DNA of 64,000 nt. Origin: Camelus ferus. Taxonomy: Eukaryota. Below, one piece after another: positions 1-12,200 of this stretch. Made by a program: the position numbers and the translations under genes. Below the pieces are notes generated by a model. The model saw only the letters and a program-made list of their open reading frames with translations. It was not told the origin of the DNA and ran no database searches. Positions within the stretch are counted from its first letter, which is position 1. Each line of letters opens with the position of its first letter. The stretch spans positions 27,032,001-27,096,000 of the forward strand of contig NC_045717.1 in NCBI RefSeq assembly GCF_009834535.1, in the 5' to 3' direction.

Positions 1-539
1 CCACTGCCCCGGGGGAGAGCTCAGAGGACGTAGAAGTGGACGTAGGGGCCCGTGGCGGGGGTGGGGGCGAGCAGCAGGGACCCGGGTCCTCCCAAGGCCC
101 TGGTGGGTGGCCGTGTTCTCCTCCCACACCACACGGTTACATAAACAACCGACCTATCAAGAAGCCGGCCAGAATGGACAAGACGTAAACAGTGGCCTCC
201 CCGTCCCCAGCCTTCTCCATCTGACTTGGCAGGAAATGAGGTTTTGTAAATTCAGGTTGAGGGTTTCACGTCAGACCTGAAGATCTGCTCAGAGAGAGCA
301 TTCTGTGGGCCAGGAGGTGCACCTTCTGGAAACACCCCTTCCAGGCTGTGCTTGAATCAGGCACCCAGGGTGCTTTTGGGAACCTCAGTCTCTGTCTGTG
401 AGTGGAGCCAACCTCGTCCCCTCTGCCCTCTGCGTGGAGAGGCTGATGCTGCTGTCGGCAGACTCTCTCCCCGGTGACTCACGCGCTGAGCCGTCTGCCT
501 GTAAAATTTATTTCTAATTAAAACATTTAGTTTTCTTAT

Positions 540-960
540 TTTAAACAAGTTAGTTTGTCCACATACACCATTAGGAGAGTCAAAAGGTAAAGCACAGAGT
601 GGGAACAGGTATTTGCAGTGTATGACCCAGCAAAGGGCTGGGGTCTGTAATACACAAAGAACTCTCACAAATCAATGACAAAAGCCAAAAAGCCCAATTG
701 GAGAAAATGGGGCAATGACTTCAATGGGCAGGTCCTGCAAGGACACACGAATGACCAATGAGACTGAACTCCATGTGGCCAGTCTGCAGACGAAATCCCC
801 AGCGAGGGCCGCCTCACCCCTGAGAACCACTGAAACCAAACATGCAGGCAACGTGAGGGCGGGCCAGAACCCGGAGCCACAGGACCTTCCTGACCTCACC
901 GACGGGAATGTGAAGTGTGGCCACTTTCGGAAGGGTTCTGGAAGCGTCTTCTCTTAAATG
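540..960 (+). mobile_element. Degenerate L1 ORF2 3' fragment
   Basis: A-rich L1-like text (caaagaactctcacaaatcaatgacaaaa...aaaatggggcaatgacttcaat). Confidence 0.6.
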
Positions 961-1460
961 AGATGTAATCTCATACCATAAAATTCATGATTTGAAAGTG
1001 GACCATCCAGGGGTGTTTAGTGTGTTCAGAGCTGTGCAGCCATCGGCACCATCTGACTCCAGAGCACTTCCGTCACGTGAAAGGAAGCCCCATGCCCCTA
1101 GCAGCCTCCCAGCCCCCTCCCAGCCCCTCTCTGAACCTGCCAGTCCAGGGACTTCATGTAAATGGACTCTCACAACATCTGTCCTTCTGTGTCTGGCTTC
1201 CTTCACTCAATATTTTGTTTTGAAAGTTCACCCACACTGTAGCAAGAATCAGCGTTTCACTCTTTTTTCTGCCTGACTCATACTCCACTGTGTGTTTGGC
1301 CCACATGGTGTTTATTTATCCACCCGCTGAGGAACACAGGTCGGGTCTACTCGGGCCGCTGTGGACACGTGGGTACCAGGGTTTGTCTGTCTGGTCTAGT
1401 ACTTTGGGGCACATACTTAGGAGTCAAAGCACTGGCTCACATGATAACATAACTTTTTGA
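960..1460 (-). mobile_element. Old L1 (L1MB/MC-like) 3' end fragment
   Basis: Reverse of the typical L1 3' end (ctgtccttctgtgtctggcttccttcactc...). Confidence 0.65.
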
Positions 1461-1844
1461 AGGCCCTCAGGACAGGCTTCCTATTGTTCCATTTTACATG
1501 GAAAAGCTGTAAAATCCGTTCCGTTTTACAGATGAGGAAACTGCAGCTCAGAGAAGCTACAAGTCGCACAGCTGGGACCAACCCTGGGACCCCAGTCCCC
1601 CCACCTGCCCATCGTGTTCATTCCTGCCTCGTCCACTGTAGTAGGTGCTGGGTGGGCTGATGGCGTGGCCCAGAGGCCCAGAGAGGGAGAGAAGAGCAGG
1701 CCCGGGGGCCCCTTGGTCAGCCCGCGGCGCAGGGAGACTCTTCATCAGCTCCTGCCACCTCCCCGGCCACTCCCCTCTCCAGCCGGCGCTTTGTTTTGTA
1801 AGAAGCTCCCAGAGGAGAAAGCATACCCTTGTGCGTGCCGGGTG

Positions 1845-2450
1845 GGATGAAAAATGTGTGGCTGCTGTGAAAAAGAGCCAATGGTTCTTCAAAAAAGTAA
1901 ACATAGGGTTACTTTGTGATCCAGCAATTCTGCTCCTAGACACACGCCTGAGGGAGATGAAACACACACACACACAACTACACGCATGTTCACAGAAGCA
2001 AGATTCGTAACAGCCAGAGTGGAAACAAATCAAATGTCCATCAGTGGATGAATGGACACACAAATGTGGTCCCTCCACACATGGGAACATTACTTGTCCA
2101 TGAACAGGAGAGCAGCCCTGACACCCGCTCCCACATGGACGGACCCTGAGAGCACGCTGCTCAGGGAGAGAAGCAGACACAGGAGGACACACAGCGTGTG
2201 AGTCCGCGGATGTGAGGCGTCCGGAACAGGCCAGTCCCCAGACACAGGGAGGGGGCTCCTGGCTGTCAGGGGCTGGGGAGGGGCCAGGGGGGATGACTGC
2301 TGATGGGGACAGGGTCTCTTGGGGGTGACAGAATGTTCTGGAATTAAAGATGATGATTACACAACCTGTGAATGCAGTGAAAACACTAAATTGTATATTT
2401 TAGATGGTCCGTGGTTAGTTTTATGTTACTTGAATTTTGCCTCAGTTTTT
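1845..2450 (+). mobile_element. Old L1 (L1MB-like) 3' end
   Basis: tggaaacaaatcaaatgtccatcagtggatgaatgga ... tgttacttgaattttgcctcagtttttaaaa. Confidence 0.75.
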
Positions 2451-2659
2451 AAAAATGGGGATGGTAACGGCACACTACTGGTAGCTGTGGGGACAACAGG
2501 AGCCGGGCTCGCAGACGGGAGGAGCAGTGCCCAGGTCCCGCGAGCGCTTCTCGAGGGCCGGCTGGTGTCTGCCAGCATTGTGCATGTTATTTTCGACACT
2601 GAAGGCCTGAGGGAGAGCAGGGAGGACCCCCACAGGGAAGTTTGTCACACTGTTGCATC

Positions 2660-2770
2660 AGGACCACGTGCCCACTTTCCAGGTGAAGAGACTGAGGCCC
2701 AGGGTGGAGAGCAAGGCGCCCAGAGCCACCAACTCAGCAGGAGAGTCTGGGCTGGAACCCAGCAGCTTCC
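2660..2770 (+). mobile_element. MIR SINE; representative of many MIR and L2 fragments across the window
   Basis: cccactttccaggtgaagagactgaggcccagg core. Similar cores near 1520, 4110, 10180, 16120, 35500, 47260 and 57950. Confidence 0.7.
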
Positions 2771-2977
2771 AGGCCTCCTCTGTCAGTCCCCGGGACATGT
2801 CACCTGGACACCTTCATGTCAGGACCCGCCCAAGGGGGCAGGCGCCGCTGATTCCCCCACTACCCACCCCGCGGCGCGGGGCAGGGCCCGGGGCGCAGGA
2901 CTCGGACGCACCACCAGGGATGCGGGAGCCCCGGCGGGCGGCGGGCCGAGCAGGGACGCGCCCCGTTGGTGCTCACG

Positions 2978-2993
2978 GGCGCCCTCTGGTGAC
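2978..2993 (-). promoter_or_regulatory. CTCF-like motif GTCACCAGAGGGCGCC
   Basis: Match to the CTCF core consensus inside a CpG-rich patch. Confidence 0.6.
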
Positions 2994-3905
2994 TTCGGGG
3001 AGAACAGGCCGTGGGCAGCGCCGGGAGACCCGGCGGTGGGGACTGCGCGGCTCGGGGAGGGGGACGCGGTGGTGGCGGGGATGGTGGGGAGGGTGGTGGC
3101 GGGATGAAGGGAAGGGATGAATGGGGAAATGGTGGGGACGACGGTAGGGAGCACGTGGGGGACTGGTGGGCACCAAGCAGGGGTACTTAAGTGAATGAAT
3201 GGATGGCTTGCCGGCCGTGCTCCTTGTGGACTTTGGCCTCCCGCCGTGAGGAGCCCCAGAAGGTTGTGGAGGGAGAGAGGCGCGCACGGGTCTCTCTCAG
3301 AAACTCCCCGGCCCCGCCCCCTCTGCCTCCCTCGGAATCCCACCGTGGTGCCCTGTCCAACGAGCCCTGCTCTGACCCCCCATGTTACCTGGCCGCCTCA
3401 GGAACTGTCTGGAGGTGCCAGAGGCTCCTCGCCAGAAGTGCTTCCTCTCCAGACGGTCAGCAGGTCCCAAAGCAGGAAATCAAGGCAGGAGAAGCAGTTT
3501 GCAGGGCCCTGGACTGCGGGCAAAAGTATAAATCCTGTTTGTGGTATAAATAAAATATACCATATTGAAACCTAAAGTAACGCTGCGTATTACCATACCT
3601 ACTTTTCACGTTTTCAGTTGTTTTCAGCTACTTCAGCGTTCTAGGGGGAAAACCCACGAGAGTATTTTGAAATACGGAAAAACACGTTATGGGAGGCAAG
3701 TGTTTTTCTCTAATAACTCTGTCCACAGCACCTCCCTCATCATGGCCTCCATCAGCCTAGGCGCGCGCGTTTTGTGGGGCGGGGGCTGGGTTGACCCGGG
3801 TCTGGGTCCTCTGAGGGCTCTGGGAAAACGCCAGCCAGTTAGGGTAGGGGGCAGGTGGGTTTCTCCCGGCTGCCGAGAGCTGGAGCTGTGTTGCTGGTGT
3901 CTCTC

Positions 3906-3920
3906 CGCCCTCTGGTGGCA
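3906..3920 (-). promoter_or_regulatory. CTCF-like motif TGCCACCAGAGGGCG
   Basis: Match to the CTCF core consensus. Confidence 0.6.
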
Positions 3921-5439
3921 GCGTGTGTTTGCTCCCCTCGGCTTGGAACCAGGAAGTTGCATCTGAGTCCCTGACTGCCTGGTGAGGATTTGTTTGTTTA
4001 CTTAGTCAACAGCAACAAGAAGCAGCATTTAGGTGGCACTGATTGTCTGCTGGATTCTGGTCACCCTCATAACCACCCACCTTGGGAGGGGTCAATGAGA
4101 TCACTTCCCCTTACAGACGAGGAAACTGAAGCTGGCAGAGCTGGGGCTTGAACCCAGGGCTCTCCACAGTGAAGAGGGACCCGAATGCCCTGTTTAGGGG
4201 CTGGCACCAGCTGAGCCTGAAGCTGTCCTCCTTTGTTCAGTCACGCAAGCCAGAACCTCCCAGTTTTGCCAAAGCCAACTTGAGTTGAGCTGAGTTGCTT
4301 TGGCCTTTTCCCCTCGCAATCCAAAGACTCTTGGCCACTGCCAAGTCCATATTCAGTCCTAACCCCAGCCCCCCGCTGACCGGCATTGACCCTGTGAGGT
4401 TATTGAACCGCTCTGATATCTCGTGGCCCCATGAACTTCACCACAGCCAAGATAGTCTCAATTATAAGACCACCGACATTTTAAGCTCTTGAGATGCAAT
4501 GCTTTCTTGTCGCTTAGATAATTTTATGAACGTTGACAAACTCTTCCGCGGGGCTCACGCTTCCTGCCAGACGAGCCCCCGCGGGTTCACCCTGTCACAG
4601 GTGAGCCCGGAGCCATGGAACCCGCCGCAGCTGCGCACTCGGAATGACTGAGTCTGGCATAACGAATTGCACCTGCGGAGACTCGACTTACAGGTGAGGT
4701 CACATTCTGAGCTTCCGGGTAGATGTGAGTGTTGGGGGAGGGGCGTTATTTAACCCAGAACAGTAGCCGCCTCTGATCGTGGGGGACAGGAGCCCTGCAA
4801 ACCCTCAGAGCTCAGGCCCTGTTTTCACCCGGAAATTTGGTCCCTCTGGAAGGCGCTGCCTGGAAATTTGTGGCCAGGTCCAGGCAAGGCCCCATGCAGA
4901 CTGAGAGGCAGATGCACGGAGCGGGAGTGGTAGGAACGAGGATATTAAAAAGATGTAAAGGAGGATTTATTTTTACAAAAACTTCTCTTGGCAAGACCGT
5001 CACTAATTTTCATCCAATTGTAGTTTCCTCACTTTTCTTGTGGAAGGGGAATGCGGCGAAACGCGGTGGGAGGGGTTCTCCCTGAAGGATGTGCCTGCGG
5101 CTGCCATCCACAACCCAGCCCAGCATGCTCAAGAGAAGCCAGAAATTCAGATTTTTGTACAAATTTCCTGATTTTTAAATGTTGGCAAACTCTTTAAAAG
5201 AGAAAACAAAATTTTCAACATTGACGGCCAAGAGAAGACTGTGTTCTGAACTCAGTCCCCTGCCACCAGTTTGAGACTTTGAGGGTGAAGAATTGTCAGA
5301 CCCCTCGTTTTATCAGCCCCGAGTCCTGTTGCTGGACTTTACCTGTTACCTCGCCTTTCCTGGAAGGGAACCGGAGGCAGGTTAACTCATGGTTTGGCCC
5401 CAACCTCTCCCATCAGGACCCTAAACTCTGCCCTAGGTC

Positions 5440-5930
5440 CCCCCAAAATGGCCAGAATTCTAATTTGGCCCCAAGAATCTGACCCCCAAGTACACACCCT
5501 GTGTAACCCCCTTGAGTGTGTGTGTGGGAACGCCATCGGGTAAAGGCGAAATGTTTTTCCAGATGCAGTTAATGTCCCCAAATCAGTGGACTTTGAGTCA
5601 ATTGAAAGAGAGATTACTCTGGGTGGGCCTGACCTAATTGGGCGAGGGCGGGGAGCAGCACACAGGCTGCGGCCAGGGCCGGGGGCGGCCAGCAGGAACA
5701 CTGGGACCTTAACCCCAATGTAAGAAGACAATTCCGTCCTACAGCCGAAGGCACCTGGAAGTGAATGCCTGCACACGAGAACGCAGCCCAGCCGACGACC
5801 CCTGAGTGCGACCCTGAGCAGAGGACCCAACCGCACTGCGCTGGGCTTCTGACCCTCAGAAGCTGTTGGAAAACAAATGGGTGCTTTAAAGCCGCTGAGT
5901 GGGCTCGTTTGTTTTGCAGCTGATACCGCC
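5440..5930 (+). mobile_element. MaLR LTR (MLT1E/F-like)
   Basis: gagagattactctgggtgggcctgacctaat ... gctttaaagccgctgagt...gtttgttttgcagc. Confidence 0.6.
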
Positions 5931-6871
5931 AATCTGCCAAAAGGTCCTTTTCTGAAGTAATCAATGCCCAGTCCTTAAGCCACCCACTAACACATCCTAG
6001 TAGTTGAAAATTAACTTCCCGGCTATGGCCAAAGAGCCCCCCCATCCAGGCTCCCTGCTGTGCTGACACGTGTGAACCTCATCGGGAAACAGCCTGACTC
6101 CAGATGTGGGAGGGGGATCGCTAGGCCAGGCAGCACCCCCACAGGCCACCGCAGAGTCCTGAGGTCACAGCGGCTGCGGAGGGAGCACTAAGGGCTGGGA
6201 CGGGGTCCCACGGGGAAGCTGGCGGGCTTGCACGGGGCGGGGGCGGTGGGGCGAGCTTGGAGCCCTGCTCCTGGACCCTGACCCCCGCCTGCGGCAGTCT
6301 TGCCGGAGTTCATCAAGTAAGAGCAGCGCCGAGGAGACAGGAGATGGGAAAGTGCTGAGAGCAAGGAAGGGCTCTGGCTTTTCAGTTAGAAACTTGGTTT
6401 ATATTTCAGCCTTTCTGACGGCCTTGGGGAGAGTGCCCCCCGTCCCCGGATCCTAGCACAGCTAGCTGGGAGGAGACCAGGAAAGAACGCGCAGCTCTGT
6501 CCCCATTCCGTTCCGGAGCCGGCTCAGAAGTGCCCACCGCTGGCCAGACGGACCTGCCCTCCTCTGGGAATCTGCTAAGAATTCATCGCAACCTCTCGGA
6601 GCACCTCCTGGGACGCCAGCCCGGCAGGTGGATAGAATCCTCTCTGTGTCCTCTAAGGGCGCTGCCCAGGAGAAGAATTCGGTGAAAAGTGAGTCCTCAG
6701 AACAAGACATTTCCACCGGCCGCATCCAGCTTGCGGGCCAGGATGAATGAAGAACGTCAAGGACGCGATTTTTGGGACATCCCTCATGTCCTTAAGGCAT
6801 TAAACGGTAGAGTCCCTGGATCCTTCCCAAGACCCTTCTGAGGCTTCAGGAGGGAGAACCCTTTCCTCTCT

Positions 6872-7130
6872 CTCTCTTTTTAATTATGGTAAATTACACA
6901 CATAAAAGTGCACATCTTGGTGGCATTAAGCACAAACACATTGTCGTGTGACCCTCCCCACCATTATCTCCAGAACTTTCTCATCTTCCCAAACTGAAAA
7001 CATTCAGTTTTCATGAAACAGTCCCCCTCCCCTCCCCCAGCTCCGGCCCCACCCTCTACTTCCTGTCTCCGTGGATCTGACTCCTCCAGAGACCTCCTGT
7101 GAGGGGACTCAGACAGTATTTGTCTTCCTT
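6872..7130 (-). mobile_element. Old L1 (L1MB-like) 3' end
   Basis: ttttaattatggtaaattacaca...gtggcattaagcac...ctccagaactttctcatcttcccaaactgaaa. Confidence 0.7.
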
Positions 7131-7134
7131 TGTC

Positions 7135-7545
7135 TGGTCAGCAGAATAACAGCTCCAAAGATGTCCCTGTCCTGCACCTGGGAACTGAGGACGTGTCATC
7201 TCGCACAGCAGAGGGGACTCTGCAGGTGGGGTTAAGTTCCCCGGGATGGGGGTGACCCTGGATCCTGAGGGACCCCGTGCCATCACAGGGTCCTCATCAG
7301 AAGGAGACGGGAGATGCTGCGCTGCTGGCGGTGAGGATGGAGGGAGGGGCCGCGAGCCAGGGATGCGGCGCCTCTAGAAGCTGGAAGAGGCAGGAGCCGA
7401 TTCTCCCTGGAGCCTCCGGAGGGACCAGCCCCGCCCAGGCCTGGGTTTAGCCCTGTGAGACCCGAGTCGGACTCCGGACCTCCAGGACCGTCAGAGAGCA
7501 AATCTGCCTGCACCTGCTTGTGGTGACTTGTTCCATCCGCCCCAG
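7135..7545 (+). mobile_element. MaLR LTR (MLT1D-like)
   Basis: gcagaataacagctccaaagatgtcc ... cctctagaagctggaagaggcagga...ttctccctggagcctcc. Confidence 0.75.
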
Positions 7546-8647
7546 GAGATGCACATCCTCAGAGCAGTGCGACCAGGGGACAGGCCCATCGGCACCAGGG
7601 AGAGGACGTGGTAGGAGATTGTGGAGGACCTGGTGAGACTCTGACAGGTTGTATTTGGGGCTTCAAAATTGCCTTCCTGAAGGGCGGGTGGGGAAGAACT
7701 GCCCGAACCCCAGAGAAGAGGCTGATCTTGGCCACCGAGGGGCATGCTGCAAGCTCTCCCCGGACACAGACCCTGCCTCCTTCCCAGACTGGGGTCTCCC
7801 TGACAGCAGATGCCCCTCCCTCAGACTGGGGTCCCCCGGACAGAGACTCCGCCCCCTCCCTGAGGCTCTCTCTCTTCTGTCTGTTGCAGCCCCCCCTCGA
7901 CCTCACCTACCCCCTTGCCCTGGGTGCCCTGGGGCTCGCAGAGCCCTGCCCCACCTCACCTATTGCAAGCCAAGCTGCCTCCTGAGCCCAGTGCGGACTG
8001 TTTTCAAGCTGGAGCTCTTAAAATAGCTGTAAGTGGTTTTCCCCAGGGGGGCTGCAGAGGAAGGCACAGGAAGGAGGCTGCGGGGCCAGGGGCAGCAGGA
8101 GGGGATGGGCCCTGCCAGGGTGGGTTGTCACCAGCTGCTTGAGGACATCGGGGCAGTGGTGTGGGGCTGCTGTCGGGGTCAACCTGAGGTCCAGGTTGCC
8201 CAGGGGCTGGTCCCAACCCCATCCTTGCGTGTGGCAGGGAAACCAAGGCAGGGTGGTGGGAGGACCCCCACGGCCACACCGCGGGTGACAGCAGGGCCGG
8301 GTTTAGGTCCAACACCACAGCCTTGCCCAGAACCATCTTGTCTGCCAGGCAGGGCCAACTAACGACCCCTCCAACCTCCCCTGAAGCCGGGCGGGACACA
8401 GACTCAGCCACAGGGAGAAGAACGGGCCTGGTGTTACCGAAGACATTCACTCGCTCGCTGGACAAGTGCGGATTGAGCACCTTCTGCAGGCCACACGCTG
8501 GGAGGTGACTGGGACAGCCTGTGGTGGGGCGGGGACAGGACACAGCCGCCTGGAAGCAGTGAGCGTCACCAAGAGAAATGACACAGACGGAGGGGAGGCT
8601 CAGCACAGCCACCCACTCCAGGTGGGGTCCAGGGGCCAGAAACTTGC

Positions 8648-8653
8648 TTTATT
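8648..8653 (-). terminator. MISP: Probable MISP polyadenylation signal AATAAA
   Basis: Plus strand tttatt about 515 nt past the stop codon. Confidence 0.7.
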
Positions 8654-9166
8654 TCAAGGTGGAGCGGAAGGACCTGCCTCAGCCCCCAAATCCAGCCCTT
8701 TCCTCAGCCAGGGAGGGAGGGGTCTTCCCCACAGGATCCTGTAATGTCAGAGCCATGCTGTGCCTCGGAGGGGGCTTGAAAGCAGCACAGAGACCCTCAG
8801 GTGGGGCGCTCAGGCCTCTGCCCTCAGACTAGAGGCTCCCCAGGGGAGGGGCTGAGCATCTCCCCTCTCAGACTAGCAGAAACTATTACATCTGGACGTG
8901 AGGTGGCTGGTCTCCTTCCTTCTTGGCCCCAGAAGCATTTGGCAAAATCGTAGAAGCAGAGTGTCATCCCCAACTCGAGACCCAGAAAGCACAACAATTT
9001 CTCCAGGAAAAGAAAAATGGAAAAGAGAACTCCCCAGCCCCAAGTGTATCTGCCCTCGGGGCTGTGGGCAGGGGATCTGTGGGTTTGAACAGGAACCCGT
9101 GTCCCAAGGCCGGGTGCTGGCCGCTCCCACAAGGCAGGCAGGGCGGGCGCGGGTCCGGCCCCAGGC

Positions 9167-9256
9167 TCAGCCCTCGTCTTCACTGGTGTAGACGCGGGCT
9201 TCCCAGCGCTCAGCCATGGCGTTCTTGTGGCGGGTCACCCGCGTGGCTTCCAGGAC
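9167..9256 (-). CDS. MISP: MISP last coding exon (VLEATRVTRHKNAMAERWEARVYTSEDEG*)
   Basis: cctctggcag|GTC acceptor, TGA at 9167-9169. Confidence 0.94.
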   Translation of the reverse strand, partial: VLEATRVTRHKNAMAERWEARVYTSEDEG

Positions 9257-12200
9257 CTGCCAGAGGAGGCACGGGGTCCCCATCAGGTCCTAACCTCCCA
9301 AGACATCTCCCCCAACAGCTGACTCACAGGAGAGGCCTAGAACAGGGTAAAGCAGGACCATCCCCTCCTCTTGTCAGACCCTCTGCTCCTCGTAATAGCG
9401 CCCAGGACTGTGCTCACTCCTGCCCAGCTCCACAGCAGGGGACATGCCCGAGTCAAAGAGGGCCACGCCGGATCCCACAAATCCACGGAGGTGCCTGGCC
9501 TCCTACACTCCCAGGAGAGCCCGTCTCTCAAAGGAAATGCCCTTGTCCTGTGCCACGTCTGCCCCCAAACCATCTGGTAAACAGGCAGCCCATGGTCTGC
9601 CTTTCATCAAAAGTGGATCACAGCAAAATGCACCGCAGGCAGACACTACATCGAGAAGCCATCCAGGGAAGCCCCCCGACCCCCACCATCCAGAAGAAAA
9701 GCTTCTGGTGGCCCCAGTGCACCTGAGCAGGGAGCACAGATGCGGGAGGGAACCGCTCCAGCCATACAGCCCTCCTCGCTCCTGGGCAGAGGGGTCCTTG
9801 CCCCTGGGAGCACACTCACCTCCGAGTTAATGTGGTCCAAGGGGCTGATGCCAGCATACTGCAGGGAGGAACAGACGTCATCCCCTGGGGTCTTCCACCC
9901 TGTCCCACCCCAGAGCCCACTCAGTCACTACTTAGGGCAGAAGGGAAGCGATCCCCGGCCACAGTGGTCCCCCCAGTGCCACTTGGTCACCCCAAACTCA
10001 GAGCCATCCACCAGGCTGTTCCCTCACACTAGTCCCCTTGGGGATGCCTTGGGCCATCATTTGCAACTGTTTTCTCTTTGTAAACTTCCTTGTAATAAAG
10101 ACAATTGACATTTATGGAGCTCTTGCTGCCACCAGGCCCTCGAAGGTTTGAAGGAGTCTGTTCTCATTACCATGCTCATTTTGCAGAGGAGGAGACTGAG
10201 GATCAGAGAGGGGCCCAACATCATACAGCCAGCCAGTGGCAGGGCTGGGACTTGAACCCAGGTCCCTGGGCTCCACTCTGCCCCAAACTACCAGGCCAGG
10301 CTGTGACCGCCAGGTGGGCGAGCCTGGGGGCAGTGTTTTTCTCCCTGGTGCCAACAATACCCACCCAGGGAGGAGGCAGCCTCGTGGCTGCAAATGTGGG
10401 GTTCAGAGCCAGGCCTGGGCTCAAGTCCTGGCTTGGGGACCTGGCCATGTGACCCTGCGCGTGCGTGACTTTGGCTTTCTCTAAAAAAACAGGGGACGAA
10501 ACATCTCTCCAGGGTGTTAAAGCCACAGCACGTGCAGACCCCTGAGCACGTCCCACGTGAGGTGCAGGTAATAATCAAAAATAACAAGGAGAGGAGAGTG
10601 TAGCTCAGTGGTGGAGCGCGTGCTCAGCATGCACGATGTCCTGGGTTCAGTCCCCGGTGCCTCCAATAAACAAACAAACACACAATAAATAAACCTAATT
10701 ACCTTCCCTGCCCCCCCAAATGATGTTGGTAATAAACACATTGAAATAATGAGGATGATTTGATAGATTGCTCTGACTCCTCCTCCAAGCAGAGCTCACC
10801 TCAGCCTTCGGCTCACCGTGGGGACCCTGCGTATGTACATGGTCCAGATGGGAAGGGATGCCCCGTTTACCCCTTCTGCTCCTCACGTGTGGGGGACACG
10901 GAGGCGCAGTCACTTGGGGGTGGGCCATGAAGAAGGCAGGACTCAAACCCAGCTCACACTGGAGCCTCCCTTGCCCTAATGAGGGGTGTCCGATCTTGGC
11001 CAGGCATGCAGGGGGACGGCAGGGCTTGAGACTCACCCACTGCTCCCTCTTCTTTCTCTGTGGAGGGGCAGCCTCAGCCGGGGCCTCTACCACTGTCCAC
11101 GCCAGGCCCGAGTGCAGGTGAATTGGGGTGAAGAAGTGTGACTCAGACACTGCGCAGCTGCCCTTGATGCCTGGGGGTGAGGGGAAGGAAGGAACATCGG
11201 GGGCGGCCCCAGAGCCAGACTCCAGCCGGAGAGGCATAGAGTCTCTGGCGGAGGAGAGGCTGGGCCAGTTAACGAGATGGGTAAGTGGACAGACAGACAG
11301 ACAGACGGAGCAGACAGCTGGTTGGGAAAACTAACAGCTTGGACAGATAGATGGGCTGATCATACAAGGAGAAAAACATTGAAAGTGGCATGGGGGGTAT
11401 TTCGTCTTGACGAAAATTGACCAAGAGGATAGAACACGTGTAAACCTTTATGCGCCTAATAACAAAGTGTCAAAACCCATAAAACGAAAAACCCCAAGGC
11501 AAGTCAACTACTTTCTCCAAAATCTACTGCTGAAGCAGACAGACAGGCAGACAGACCAGCCAACTGGGGTAGGGGACAACTGCCCCCCCGCGAATGTCCC
11601 CCCAGCCAAAGCCTCTCCTGACATCCCCCCACCCCTCCACTTCCGCATCTGAGGCCCCGAGCAAACCCGCCACGCCTGGGATCCCTCCTTACCAGATGCC
11701 TGGGAGGAGTTCCTGGAGTCTTGGTCGTAGCACTCATCCGGCAGGGGTGGGGAGAAGACCTCCGGGAACAGAGCACTCCGCCGCTCTTCAGCCACCTCCC
11801 GCTCCCGCTGCAGGACACTCTCCACCTCCCTCTCCAGCAGCTCAGATGACTGGGACCTCTGCAGCTTCAGTGCCGGGGCCCCGGCCACCTCCCAGCCCCA
11901 AACTCGGGGGGCCTCAGCTTTCTCAGGCACACCCGGGACCGCAAACCTCAGGGGGCGCAGGAGGAAGTACTCATGGCGCACAAGCCCTCTGGGGTGCAGG
12001 GGGCCCCTGGGGGGCACCTGCCTTGTGCCCGAGGGTTCTCCAGAGGATTCCGAGAGAAGGCTCTGCGCCACTGCGGCCTGTGGAGCGCTCCCGGCCCTGG
12101 CCTTATCTGCAGGGAGGCTGCTGGGCTTGAGATTCGCACGGAAGGCTGGGAACTCTACTGGGGGCGTTCTGGGGCTCAGGTACGGCTGGTAGGCATCAAG

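Noticed and set aside
6280-6760. Possible lncRNA exon or unannotated gene in unique CpG-containing sequence
   Set aside because: Only an isolated donor-like CAA|GTAAGA at about 6320; no coherent exon chain or ORF can be supported from sequence alone.
8923-9726. 267-aa plus-strand ORF, and similar 200-280 aa ORFs at 2319, 18561, 31190 and 38261
   Set aside because: Antisense or intronic, low-complexity Pro/Gly/Arg/Ser composition, no motif I recognise, and no supporting exon structure.
10595-10664. Possible tRNA-Ala gene
   Set aside because: The acceptor stem and anticodon loop are altered (ctcagca), there is no clean T-run terminator, and it continues into a SINE tail also found at 62972-63143.
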